A stretch of 64,000 nt of DNA from Gammaproteobacteria bacterium (GTDB lineage: Bacteria; Pseudomonadota; Gammaproteobacteria; Eutrophobiales; Eutrophobiaceae): contig CBDEUC010000003.1 of assembly GCA_965243105.1 (NCBI GenBank), forward strand, positions 2,088,370 to 2,152,369, read 5' to 3'. Shown piece after piece: positions 56,485-64,000 of this stretch. The notes under the pieces were generated by a model. It ran no database searches and was not told where the DNA came from. It saw only the letters and a list, made by a program, of their open reading frames with translations. Positions within the stretch are counted from its first letter, which is position 1; every line of letters starts with the position of its first letter. Made by a program: the position numbers and the translations under genes.

Positions 56485-57246
56485 ATGCGTCTTGTATCGT
56501 GGAATGTGAATGGAATTCGAGCGGTGCTAAAAAAGGACTTCGCGTCTTCACTTGCGAGTATGGATACTGACATACTCTGCCTGCAGGAAACCAAGGCACA
56601 GGATGACCAGGTCGCGCAGGCACTGGAACAGCTTGAAGGTTATTACCTGTATTCAAATTCTGCGGAACGAAAGGGATATTCAGGTACTGCCATCCTGAGC
56701 AGGAAAGAGCCGCTGGCGGTGGATTACGACATAGGTGCTAAGGAGCATGATAGCGAGGGCAGGGTCATCGCAGCGGAGTATCCTGACTATATTCTCGTGA
56801 CGGTGTATACGCCAAACTCGGGCAGTGAGCTGAAGCGCCTGGCTTACCGGCAAACCTGGGACAAGGCATTTCTGAAGTACATAAAAAAGCTGGAGAAACA
56901 AAAGCCGGTCATCGTCTGTGGCGATCTCAACGTGGCACACAGGGAAATAGACCTTGCCCGGCCAAAACAGAATTACAACAAGAGTGCCGGGTACATGCAG
57001 GAAGAAATTGATGGCATGGACAACATCATCGCCAGTGGTTTTGTCGATAGTTTTCGTGAGATCAGGGCCGAAGAGATCAAGTACAGCTGGTGGAGCTACC
57101 GCGCAGGTGCCCGGGCGAGGAACATCGGCTGGAGGATCGATTACTTCCTCTGCTCACCTTCCCTGGCAGGAAACATCACCGGGGCAGATATCCTGAATGA
57201 CGTGATGGGCTCCGATCATTGCCCGGTTCAGCTGGACTTAAAATAA
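56485..57246 (+). CDS. xthA: exodeoxyribonuclease III
   Basis: MRLVSWNVNGIRA…LCLQETK…GDLNVAH…SDHCPV is canonical ExoIII/APE. 253 aa. Confidence 0.93.
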   Translation: MRLVSWNVNGIRAVLKKDFASSLASMDTDILCLQETKAQDDQVAQALEQLEGYYLYSNSAERKGYSGTAILSRKEPLAVDYDIGAKEHDSEGRVIAAEYPDYILVTVYTPNSGSELKRLAYRQTWDKAFLKYIKKLEKQKPVIVCGDLNVAHREIDLARPKQNYNKSAGYMQEEIDGMDNIIASGFVDSFREIRAEEIKYSWWSYRAGARARNIGWRIDYFLCSPSLAGNITGADILNDVMGSDHCPVQLDLK

Positions 57247-57294
57247 GCGAGTCATAATGATTAAGGTATAAAAGCCGGCATATTTCCCGGCTTA

Positions 57295-57564
57295 CTATCC
57301 CTTATGTTTTGATTTCCTTGCCAGCAGGAAAACAACAACCCCGGTGGCGGCGGCAATTGTGCCTCCGAACAGCTGGGCTATCGGCCACATTGTCGCACCA
57401 CCGCCAGCGTAGGGTGTGAAGTAAACGGTATAAAGAATAGCCAGCAGAAGGCCAAACCAGGGAACTGCACCAGCAAGGTAGATAGCCCACGGCTTTTCAA
57501 TCAGTAATGCCGTGAGAAGACCTGAGAGTCCGGAAAGCCCGAGTAACAGTAGCCAGGTCAGCAT
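57295..57564 (-). CDS. small hypothetical membrane protein (about 3 TM)
   Basis: 89-aa hydrophobic ORF. It starts 11 bp downstream of the carboxyltransferase gene on the same strand. Confidence 0.4.
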   Translation of the reverse strand: MLTWLLLLGLSGLSGLLTALLIEKPWAIYLAGAVPWFGLLLAILYTVYFTPYAGGGATMWPIAQLFGGTIAAATGVVVFLLARKSKHKG

Positions 57565-57575
57565 TGAAGCGAAGT

Positions 57576-59000
57576 CTAGTTAGGCGCCGCCTCCAGCTCT
57601 TCTTCCTCGGGCTCCGTTTTCCTTACATTGACCTTTGAGTTACCCAGCAGGAAGTCCAGGCCCTTATCACCACAGCTTGCGATGATGAATAGATTTTCAT
57701 CAGTCGTTTCAAGATTGTTTTCCTCGAGTATCTTTGTGGCTGCCGGGATTCCATCTTCGGGTAAATCCAGCGGATCGCCATCATACCTGGGCTTCTTGCG
57801 CTGTTTTTCAGCTTTCTTGATAACCTCGGGGTCGGCAGGTACTGGTGTGCGACCGAAATAACCAAGCACCATGTCACCGTAGTCCGGGGTGATACGTTTC
57901 CATTGACCCATTGCGACATTGGCATAGGCCTGCTGAAAGTAAAATTGCGATACCGGTGTTACCGAGGTACCAAAGCCGCCTTTTCTTACCACCTCCGGCA
58001 TTTCCTTTAATACCTTTGGAAACAGGTGCAGCGTATTGATGTCGCGCATCATCATCGTGTTTGCCGTCAGGGCACCACCTGGCATGGGAGCAATAGCGAC
58101 CAGCGGCGTGACCTGTTTCGCTTCAGGAGGTACGTAGTAGTCTTTCATGCAATCTTCCAGTACTTCCGCGGCAACGATAACTTTTTCATAATCAATATCG
58201 AGTTTGAAATCAGTACCTTTCAATGCATGCCACATGCTGATCATGTCTGCCTGCGAGGTGCCACCGGAGACAGGACTCTTGGCCAGGTCAATTCCATCGG
58301 CGCCGGCTTCGATGGCCGCAAGATAGGAAGGAATACCACAGCCCACGGTGTCATGGGTGTGAAGGCGGATATGGGTTCCCTCGGGAAGTAGCTTTCGAGC
58401 GCCCTTGATGGTGTCGTAAATTTTCCTGGGATTTGAACTACCGGTTGCATCCTTGAAACAAAAGGAATCAAAAGGCACGTCCATATCAAGGATCATCCTG
58501 ATACGCTCGTGGTAAAACTCCGGAGTGTGAGCACCTTCGCAACCGGGCGGCAAATCCATTATCGCCACGACCACCTCGTGATTTAGTCCATGATGCTTAA
58601 TTCTCTCTGCGCTGTACTGCAGGTTACGTATGTCATTCAGGGCGTCGAAATTACGTATCGTGGTTATGCCATGCTTTTTGAATAATTTTGCGTGAAGGTC
58701 AATGATGTCACGGGGTTGCTGGTTCAGTGCAACAACGTTAATGCCTCTTGCCAGTGTCTGAAGATTGGCGTCGGGCCCGGTGGTTTCTCGAAATGCGTCC
58801 ATCATGTCAAACGCACTTTCATTGCAGTAAAAAAACAGGCTTTGAAAGCGTGCGCCGCCACCTGCCTCGAAATGGGTAATTCCTGCTTCCACGCTGGCTT
58901 CCAGGGCGGGGAGAAAATCTTTCGTCAGGACGCGAGCTCCGTAAACAGACTGGAAACCATCACGAAATGACGTATCCATTACCTTAATTTCTTTGGCCAA
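57576..59000 (-). CDS. carboxyltransferase 5S-subunit-like protein (oxaloacetate decarboxylase alpha / pyruvate carboxylase subunit B family) lacking a biotinyl domain
   Basis: MAKEIKVMDTSFRDGFQS… is the PYC/OadA TIM-barrel N-terminus, and a conserved carboxyltransferase C-domain follows. The protein ends at 474 aa with an acidic tail and no AMKM biotin-attachment motif. Confidence 0.75.
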   Translation of the reverse strand: MAKEIKVMDTSFRDGFQSVYGARVLTKDFLPALEASVEAGITHFEAGGGARFQSLFFYCNESAFDMMDAFRETTGPDANLQTLARGINVVALNQQPRDIIDLHAKLFKKHGITTIRNFDALNDIRNLQYSAERIKHHGLNHEVVVAIMDLPPGCEGAHTPEFYHERIRMILDMDVPFDSFCFKDATGSSNPRKIYDTIKGARKLLPEGTHIRLHTHDTVGCGIPSYLAAIEAGADGIDLAKSPVSGGTSQADMISMWHALKGTDFKLDIDYEKVIVAAEVLEDCMKDYYVPPEAKQVTPLVAIAPMPGGALTANTMMMRDINTLHLFPKVLKEMPEVVRKGGFGTSVTPVSQFYFQQAYANVAMGQWKRITPDYGDMVLGYFGRTPVPADPEVIKKAEKQRKKPRYDGDPLDLPEDGIPAATKILEENNLETTDENLFIIASCGDKGLDFLLGNSKVNVRKTEPEEEELEAAPN

Positions 59001-59132
59001 ATCAATTTCTCCTTCGCTGGGTATTTATGTTCGTATTTCGCATTGTCTGTAGCGGGGGCGAAGCTTTCGGATTGTTCTTTATCGTGCTTCCGTTATCATT
59101 GCCCCGAATCTCGCCCAAATAGCGGGGAATAA

Positions 59133-59149
59133 ACTCTTTAATAAAGAGT
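59133..59149. promoter_or_regulatory. Perfect palindrome ACTCTTTAaTAAAGAGT in a divergent intergenic region
   Basis: 8-bp perfect inverted arms between the carboxyltransferase gene (-) and the AGCS transporter (+). Confidence 0.4.
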
Positions 59150-59292
59150 CATGACTTGTTTGAAAGTTATTATTCGAAATACCGTGACCAGAGAAAGAAT
59201 TGTAATACGGATATTGCCACCATTACCACACGCATGGTCGTTATTCGGCCAGGCGAAACAACCTTGTTTGGCAGGGTGAAACGCATTCCAGC

Positions 59293-60645
59293 ATGAGTAA
59301 TTTCAATACATTCTGGTCCCAGTTTGTCAGTCTTGTCTGGGGTATGCCACTGGTCATCCTGTTGACGGGCGCCGGCCTGTATTTCACCATTGTCACGCGT
59401 TTTTTACCATTTAGAAGTTTTTTCCATGCCCTGCAGATCATCAGTGGCAAGTATGACAGGACTGACGATCCCGGTGAGATATCACATTTCCAGGCCTTGA
59501 GTTCAGCACTCTCGGCGACCGTTGGTATGGGAAATATCGCCGGGGTTGCTGTTGCCGTGGCAGTGGGTGGCCCCGGGGCTGTTTTCTGGATGTGGATCTC
59601 AGGCCTGGTGGGAATGACGACAAAATTCTTCACCTGCTCGTTGGCCTGCATGTATCGAAAGGATGATGAAGATGGAATCGCCCAGGGTGGACCGATGTAT
59701 TTTATAGAGGTAGGGCTTGGACGCCGCTACAGGTTCCTGGCGGTATTTTTTTCCATATGTGGCATGGTAGGTACTCTCAGCCTGTTCCAGTCCAACCAGC
59801 TTGCCAACCTGCTGCGACAGGAATGGGGGGTACCACCATTATTTACCGGTAGCGTAGCCATGGTACTGGTTGCCGCCGTGGTACTGGGCGGAATTACGCG
59901 AATCGGGAAGGCGACGTCACGTATCGTCCCAGCCATGTGCCTGCTGTATTTTTTTTCCTGTTGCTGGATTGTCATACTCAACATTGAGCTGGTACCCGGA
60001 TTATTGCTGAGCATCGTAACGAATGGCCTGGGACTGGAAGCACTGGCGGGCGGTGCCGCGGGCCTTGCCTTGCGTGAAGTCATGGTCACCGGCATTCAGC
60101 GTGCCGCTTTTTCCAATGAAGCCGGAATAGGAACGGCCCCCATGGCTCATGGTGCGGCAAAAACCAGCGAGCCGGTACGAGAAGGCCTGGTTGCAATGGT
60201 TGGTCCCTTTATCGACACTCACGTGATTTGTACCCTGACGGCACTTGTTATCCTCATTACCGGTGTAACAAGCGAGTCCGGCGGGATCACCATGACCGCG
60301 GCAGCTTTCGAAACGGCAATGCCGGTTTATGGAAAGATCATACTCAGCCTGGTAGTCGTAATGTTCGCCGTCTCCTCGATGATTTCCCTGTCTTACTATG
60401 GATTGAAATGTGCGCGTTACCTGTTTGGCAAAAAGCGCGGCTGGAACTACATTTATATTTACCTGTTATCAATATTGCTGGCAGCGGTATGGAGCCAGGG
60501 GGTTGTGCTGGACATAGTAGACTCCGCTTATGGCCTCATGGCCATCCCGACCGTGATATCGACGCTTATCCTTTCCCCTAAAGTCGTGAGGGCATTAAAG
60601 GATTACCTGCAACGAATGAAGCTGGCCGATCAGGAATTGCAATAA
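59293..60645 (+). CDS. alanine/glycine:cation symporter (AGCS family)
   Basis: 450-aa protein with the AGCS N-terminal pattern …LLTGAGLYFT…, …ALSATVGMGNIAGVAVAV…GGPGA…. Confidence 0.85.
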   Translation: MSNFNTFWSQFVSLVWGMPLVILLTGAGLYFTIVTRFLPFRSFFHALQIISGKYDRTDDPGEISHFQALSSALSATVGMGNIAGVAVAVAVGGPGAVFWMWISGLVGMTTKFFTCSLACMYRKDDEDGIAQGGPMYFIEVGLGRRYRFLAVFFSICGMVGTLSLFQSNQLANLLRQEWGVPPLFTGSVAMVLVAAVVLGGITRIGKATSRIVPAMCLLYFFSCCWIVILNIELVPGLLLSIVTNGLGLEALAGGAAGLALREVMVTGIQRAAFSNEAGIGTAPMAHGAAKTSEPVREGLVAMVGPFIDTHVICTLTALVILITGVTSESGGITMTAAAFETAMPVYGKIILSLVVVMFAVSSMISLSYYGLKCARYLFGKKRGWNYIYIYLLSILLAAVWSQGVVLDIVDSAYGLMAIPTVISTLILSPKVVRALKDYLQRMKLADQELQ

Positions 60646-60656
60646 TGTGCTGCCCG

Positions 60657-62045
60657 TCAGGCTGCATTTCCCCCAAGCAGGCTGAAAACAAATACGCTGA
60701 GGATGGCGATAGGTGCGATGAATTTAACCACGACAATTACAGCTTTGAACAGGAAGTGATCCACAGGTAACTCGAGTTCACTGGCGAATGAATCCTGGGA
60801 AATAACCCAGCCTGTAAACAGCGCCAGGATCAAGCCACCAACAGGGATGAATACGTTGGCAACAAAAAAGTCCATCAAATCAAAAATGGTTTTCCCCTCG
60901 AGCAGGGCCAACTGCGTGACAGGTTTAAAATCTGCGAGAATGTTGAAAGACAACAGTGAGGGTAATCCGCAAAGCCAGATAATAATGCCCATACCCATGG
61001 CCAACTGGGCCCGGGAGAATCTCTGTTTTTCTTCAAGGTAGGAAACTACAGGCTCGAGCATACTGAGTGCAGAGGTCAGTGCAGCAACGGTCATTAATAC
61101 AAAAAACAGGATCCCAAACAGGATGCCAGCCGGCATCTGGCCAAAGGCCACGGGCAGGGTGATAAATACCAGCCCCGGTCCCTCTCCCGCAGTCAGGCCG
61201 TAAGAAAACACAAGTGGAAAAATGATTAAGCCCATCATGAGCGCCACGCCCGTGTCCGCCAGGACTATCACTGCTGATACGCGCGGAATTGAGATATGAC
61301 CGGGCATGTAGGCGCCATAGGTAATGAGAGCACCTGCGGCAACATTGACTGAAAAAAATGCCTGCCCGACGGCCATGATCAGGGTTTCACCGGTGACCTG
61401 TGAAAAATCCGGGGTAAAAAGAAATTTTGTGGCACCGATGAAGTCGGCAGTAACAGCAGAATATACGAGCAACACCAGCAGTAGAAAAAATAGTCCCGGC
61501 ATCAGGAAGCTTATCGCTTTTTCCAGCCCCTTTCGCACACCCTGGGAGACTATCGCTACTGTAATTGTAATGAACAGCGTATGCCAGAACACAAGGCGAA
61601 GCGGGTTCGATACAAGTGATGAAAAGTTACTGGCGGAGTCTTCGGGGTTTATCTCGTGGAGTTTACCCAGGAGACCAGAGACAGCGTAATCCATGGTCCA
61701 TCCTGCGACAATACTGTAATACATCAGCCCGATAGTCGGGGCAATGATGGCCAACCAGCCAAAGCTCTGCCAGAAGGGTCCGGCGTTTTCCTCTTTTGCT
61801 ACTTTCCTGACAGTAGCCACCGGGCTTTCGCCGCCGCGTCGACCCAGTGCGATCTCAGCCATCACAAGTGGCAGGACAATAATTACTATGCAGGCGCAAT
61901 AGATTAAGACAAACGCACCGCCGCCGTTAACTCCAGTTATGTAGGGAAATCGCCAGATATTACCAAGGCCGATTGCGCTTCCTATGGCGGCCAGCAGGAA
62001 TGCCCGGCGCGAGGACCATTTTTCATGTACAAATTGCTCTGACAT
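60657..62045 (-). CDS. sodium-dependent transporter, NSS (SNF) family; paralog of 29661..31061
   Basis: WSSRRAFLLAAIGSAIGLGNIWRFPYITGVNGGGAF is the NSS signature. 462 aa. Confidence 0.88.
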   Translation of the reverse strand: MSEQFVHEKWSSRRAFLLAAIGSAIGLGNIWRFPYITGVNGGGAFVLIYCACIVIIVLPLVMAEIALGRRGGESPVATVRKVAKEENAGPFWQSFGWLAIIAPTIGLMYYSIVAGWTMDYAVSGLLGKLHEINPEDSASNFSSLVSNPLRLVFWHTLFITITVAIVSQGVRKGLEKAISFLMPGLFFLLLVLLVYSAVTADFIGATKFLFTPDFSQVTGETLIMAVGQAFFSVNVAAGALITYGAYMPGHISIPRVSAVIVLADTGVALMMGLIIFPLVFSYGLTAGEGPGLVFITLPVAFGQMPAGILFGILFFVLMTVAALTSALSMLEPVVSYLEEKQRFSRAQLAMGMGIIIWLCGLPSLLSFNILADFKPVTQLALLEGKTIFDLMDFFVANVFIPVGGLILALFTGWVISQDSFASELELPVDHFLFKAVIVVVKFIAPIAILSVFVFSLLGGNAA

Positions 62046-62182
62046 ATATCCCGGTGCCTGTCTGAAACAGCAATGCTTCGCTTGAAATATTTAAATACTA
62101 CCATGTCACTGTCTAAGCGAATAATATAACCTCTGAACCTGGGCTGCGAAGCGGCGACCAGGACAAGCAAGAGGTCAACGAC

Positions 62183-62692
62183 GTGATACTTGAACTGGAA
62201 GAAAACAACGAACCGGGCAGGGGATACGTGGTCATGCCAAACCAGGCAATGCCCTGGCGGCAGTTGCTGCGCTGGTACCTGCTAATATCAATGATTTCAC
62301 TGGGTATCGGTGTCTATTTTTTCTCCAGGGGTATGATCCTGGTTTTGCCATTTTCGGGCCTGGAGGTACTGGCACTGGGATTTGCGCTTTACGTCAGTGC
62401 CTGGAAAAGTAATGAAAGACAGGTAATCAGGATTGGTAATGACAAGGTCGAAATTGAGACCGGTTTCCTGGCACCCCAGAGAAGTCAAAACTTTCAAAGA
62501 GGCTGGACCCGGGTCATCCTGCAACCCCCGGTTCATCCATGGTACCCGAGTCGCCTGGTCATCGGTTCACACGGTTCCCACGTTGAAATTGGCGCTTTCC
62601 TGAATGAACAGGAAAGACAGGGCCTTGCGCTCGAACTGAAACGTGCCCTGTCACAACGGGATTATCCCGGATCGGCTATTAGTTCACCCTGA
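62183..62692 (+). CDS. hypothetical integral membrane protein (DUF2244-like)
   Basis: 169-aa protein with two TM segments followed by a soluble domain. Family is assigned from memory only. The alternative start is Met18. Confidence 0.4.
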   Translation: MILELEENNEPGRGYVVMPNQAMPWRQLLRWYLLISMISLGIGVYFFSRGMILVLPFSGLEVLALGFALYVSAWKSNERQVIRIGNDKVEIETGFLAPQRSQNFQRGWTRVILQPPVHPWYPSRLVIGSHGSHVEIGAFLNEQERQGLALELKRALSQRDYPGSAISSP

Positions 62693-62708
62693 TAGATGGA
62701 GAAGAATA

Positions 62709-63254
62709 TTGCCTGGAATTTATTTGCCTTCTCGGGCCTGCCTGTGCCTGTGCGTGCTGCTCATGTGGCCATTTAGTTCAAGTTCTGCTGATGCCCTTGC
62801 AGAAGGTGATGTGGCGCCTTCCTTTGATCTTGTCGATCAATACATGAAGCAACATAAATTGAGTGATTACCAGGGAAAGTGGGTAGTCCTCTACTTTTAC
62901 CCCAAGGATGATACGCCGGGATGCACAACAGAGGCGTGCAACTTTCGTGATGATATTTACAAGATAAGGGAATTAAATGCCGAGGTACTGGGAGTCAGCC
63001 TTGACAGTGCCGAGAGCCACGCAAAATTTGCTGAAAAGCATGGATTGCCTTTCCCGCTGCTTTCTGATGCCAACGCTGACGTTGCGAAGGGATATGGGTG
63101 CTACTCGTCACTTGGCCCATTGAAGTTTGCCAGGCGACAAACCTTCATCATTGCTCCGGATGGCAGGCTGGCGAGGATTTATCGAAAGGTAACACCGGCC
63201 AGTCATTCCGAAGAGATCATACAGGAACTGCAGCGGCTACAGGCTGATAGTTGA
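62709..63254 (+). CDS. bcp: thiol peroxidase Bcp/PrxQ-type peroxiredoxin (AhpC/TSA family), probably exported
   Basis: The core aligns to E. coli Bcp: AEGDVAPSFDL…GKWVVLYFYPKDDTPGCTTEAC (peroxidatic Cys in TPGCT). The frame is open from 62643. The proposed start is TTG 62709, which has GGAG 7 nt upstream and gives a signal-peptide-like N-terminus (…ACLCLCVLLMWPFSSSSA|DA). An alternative is ATG 62763 (cytoplasmic form). The start is uncertain. Confidence 0.7.
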   Translation: MPGIYLPSRACLCLCVLLMWPFSSSSADALAEGDVAPSFDLVDQYMKQHKLSDYQGKWVVLYFYPKDDTPGCTTEACNFRDDIYKIRELNAEVLGVSLDSAESHAKFAEKHGLPFPLLSDANADVAKGYGCYSSLGPLKFARRQTFIIAPDGRLARIYRKVTPASHSEEIIQELQRLQADS

Positions 63255-63800
63255 TTCGGCCTCGGGCTTTTTTTGTTTGTATAGCCATTTAACTGGCAGA
63301 CCACGGTCCCGAATATAGTGGGCGACGACCATGCTGTGGGCACTGAAAAAATCGTTTAGCACTATTTCCTGTACGTTTCCGTCAAGTCTTTCAAACTTCC
63401 AGGTGACATAGTCGTCACCGATCAGGTTACTCACCAGGTAGTTATGCTTGTCGCGTCTAAGCTCATGCAAGTTACCCAGGGACACCACCGTTTTAGAAGG
63501 CATGAACCAGCGACCGGTATCAATCGTAATTTGCTCACGGCTTACATGAATATACTCGTCTCCCAGCGACGGCATGATGAGCAGTGGTAATACCAGGGAT
63601 GACACCAGCAAGCCCAGGGATATTTTTCGAATGAACCCACGCCTGGCGATCAACATGGCCAGGATGCTGAACGCGGCCACAAAGCAAAAGACCATACCCC
63701 AGGCCAGCATTCTTTCACGGCTGCTGCTGATCAACATTGAGCCATCGACACCGACACTTATCGTCGCGGCGTAAAACTTGTGTAGTAATATATCGTTCAA
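63237..63800 (-). CDS. hypothetical membrane-associated protein
   Basis: 187-aa ORF with two N-terminal TM segments and no recognisable family. Its stop overlaps the bcp 3' end. Confidence 0.4.
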   Translation of the reverse strand: MNDILLHKFYAATISVGVDGSMLISSSRERMLAWGMVFCFVAAFSILAMLIARRGFIRKISLGLLVSSLVLPLLIMPSLGDEYIHVSREQITIDTGRWFMPSKTVVSLGNLHELRRDKHNYLVSNLIGDDYVTWKFERLDGNVQEIVLNDFFSAHSMVVAHYIRDRGLPVKWLYKQKKPEAESTISL

Positions 63801-64000
63801 TGTTCTGTTTGTTTGAGGACCTTCAAAACAAGCATAGCTTGAAAAAAATACCCTGTTAATTCATCTTTTGGTGAATTTTTGTGTGCAGGCCTGTCTACCT
63901 CAATAGCAGTGAAAAAAACTGGATATATTGTGACTGAGAAACACTACAAGATTTTCTGCCTCGTCCTGCTTCTCGTACTGGCGATCATGGGCGCAACTCT

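Noticed and set aside
1-64000. CRISPR arrays, IS elements, integrase or transposase genes
   Set aside because: There are no regularly spaced direct repeats. No ORF has DDE transposase, tyrosine or serine recombinase signatures. The only mobile-element-like signal is the 20-bp ssrA 3'-end duplication, which is reported as a scar.
63931-64000. Possible GTG-initiated ORF (VTEKHYKIFCLVLLLVLAIMGAT…) running off the window end
   Set aside because: Only 23 codons are visible with a non-ATG start. It is hydrophobic and could be a membrane protein N-terminus, but there is too little sequence to support it.

Overview
This 64-kb window looks like a chromosomal segment of a gammaproteobacterium, probably marine, with roughly 50% GC. 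The conserved backbone gene order resembles Pseudomonas-type genomes. No integrase, transposase, CRISPR array or recognisable defence system was seen, so the candidate novel features are the fully uncharacterised 44019-47286 operon and the unusual enzyme content of the aromatic cluster.

The main blocks, in order:

- **1-14.2 kb, aromatic amino-acid catabolic supercluster.** It encodes a partial FAD aromatic hydroxylase, a PLP aromatic-L-amino-acid decarboxylase, and a MarR regulator divergent from 4-hydroxyphenylpyruvate dioxygenase (hpd). A GNAT acetyltransferase, a PLP dehydratase-family enzyme, an OsmC-family peroxidase and an alpha/beta hydrolase follow as one operon. The block continues with a DMT exporter, the 3-oxoacid CoA-transferase pair ScoAB, an alpha/beta hydrolase, maleylacetoacetate isomerase, and a fumarylacetoacetate hydrolase (FAH) family enzyme. 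Homogentisate 1,2-dioxygenase and a second, paralogous MarR sit divergently from the hydrolase genes. Three AGTTRC-type palindromic operators lie in the divergent promoter regions.
- **14.2-20.9 kb.** A tungsten-type aldehyde:ferredoxin oxidoreductase (AOR) homolog and a gamma-glutamyltranspeptidase are followed by a DUF2390-like gene. A divergent UbiX / UbiD-family decarboxylase pair completes the block.
- **21-24.8 kb.** CBS-pair protein, AIM24/DUF124 protein, flavodoxin-like oxidoreductase, and a methyltransferase with an unknown N-terminal domain followed by a small acidic protein.
- **24.8-25.4 kb, ssrA.** The tmRNA gene (tag ANDDNYALAA) lies here. Its 3' terminal 20-mer is duplicated 192 bp downstream, which looks like an att-type integration scar.
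- **25.5-43.5 kb.** A tandem universal stress protein is followed by the conserved block smpB, ratA-rnfH, bamE, fur, recN, nadK, hrcA-grpE-dnaK-dnaJ, dapB. Apparent insertions interrupt it. They encode a Hanks-type Ser/Thr kinase with HDOD and GAF domains, a sodium-dependent NSS transporter, and an orphan FecCD/FecE-type ABC permease/ATPase pair.
- **44.0-47.3 kb.** A tightly coupled five-gene operon of unknown function. It encodes a hemerythrin-like protein, a Cys-rich secreted protein, two tandem paralogous secreted four-Cys proteins, and an SDR oxidoreductase.
- **47.3-64 kb.** YqiA esterase, a GST, a GT-C-like membrane protein, the large Lhr helicase, and a HAD hydrolase come first. Cytochrome P460 with a divergent OhrR-like MarR follows, then exonuclease III (xthA). 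A BCCP-less carboxyltransferase 5S-type subunit with a small membrane protein comes next, then an alanine/glycine:cation symporter (AGCS) and a second NSS transporter. A DUF2244-like membrane protein and a Bcp-type peroxiredoxin with a probable signal peptide close the window.
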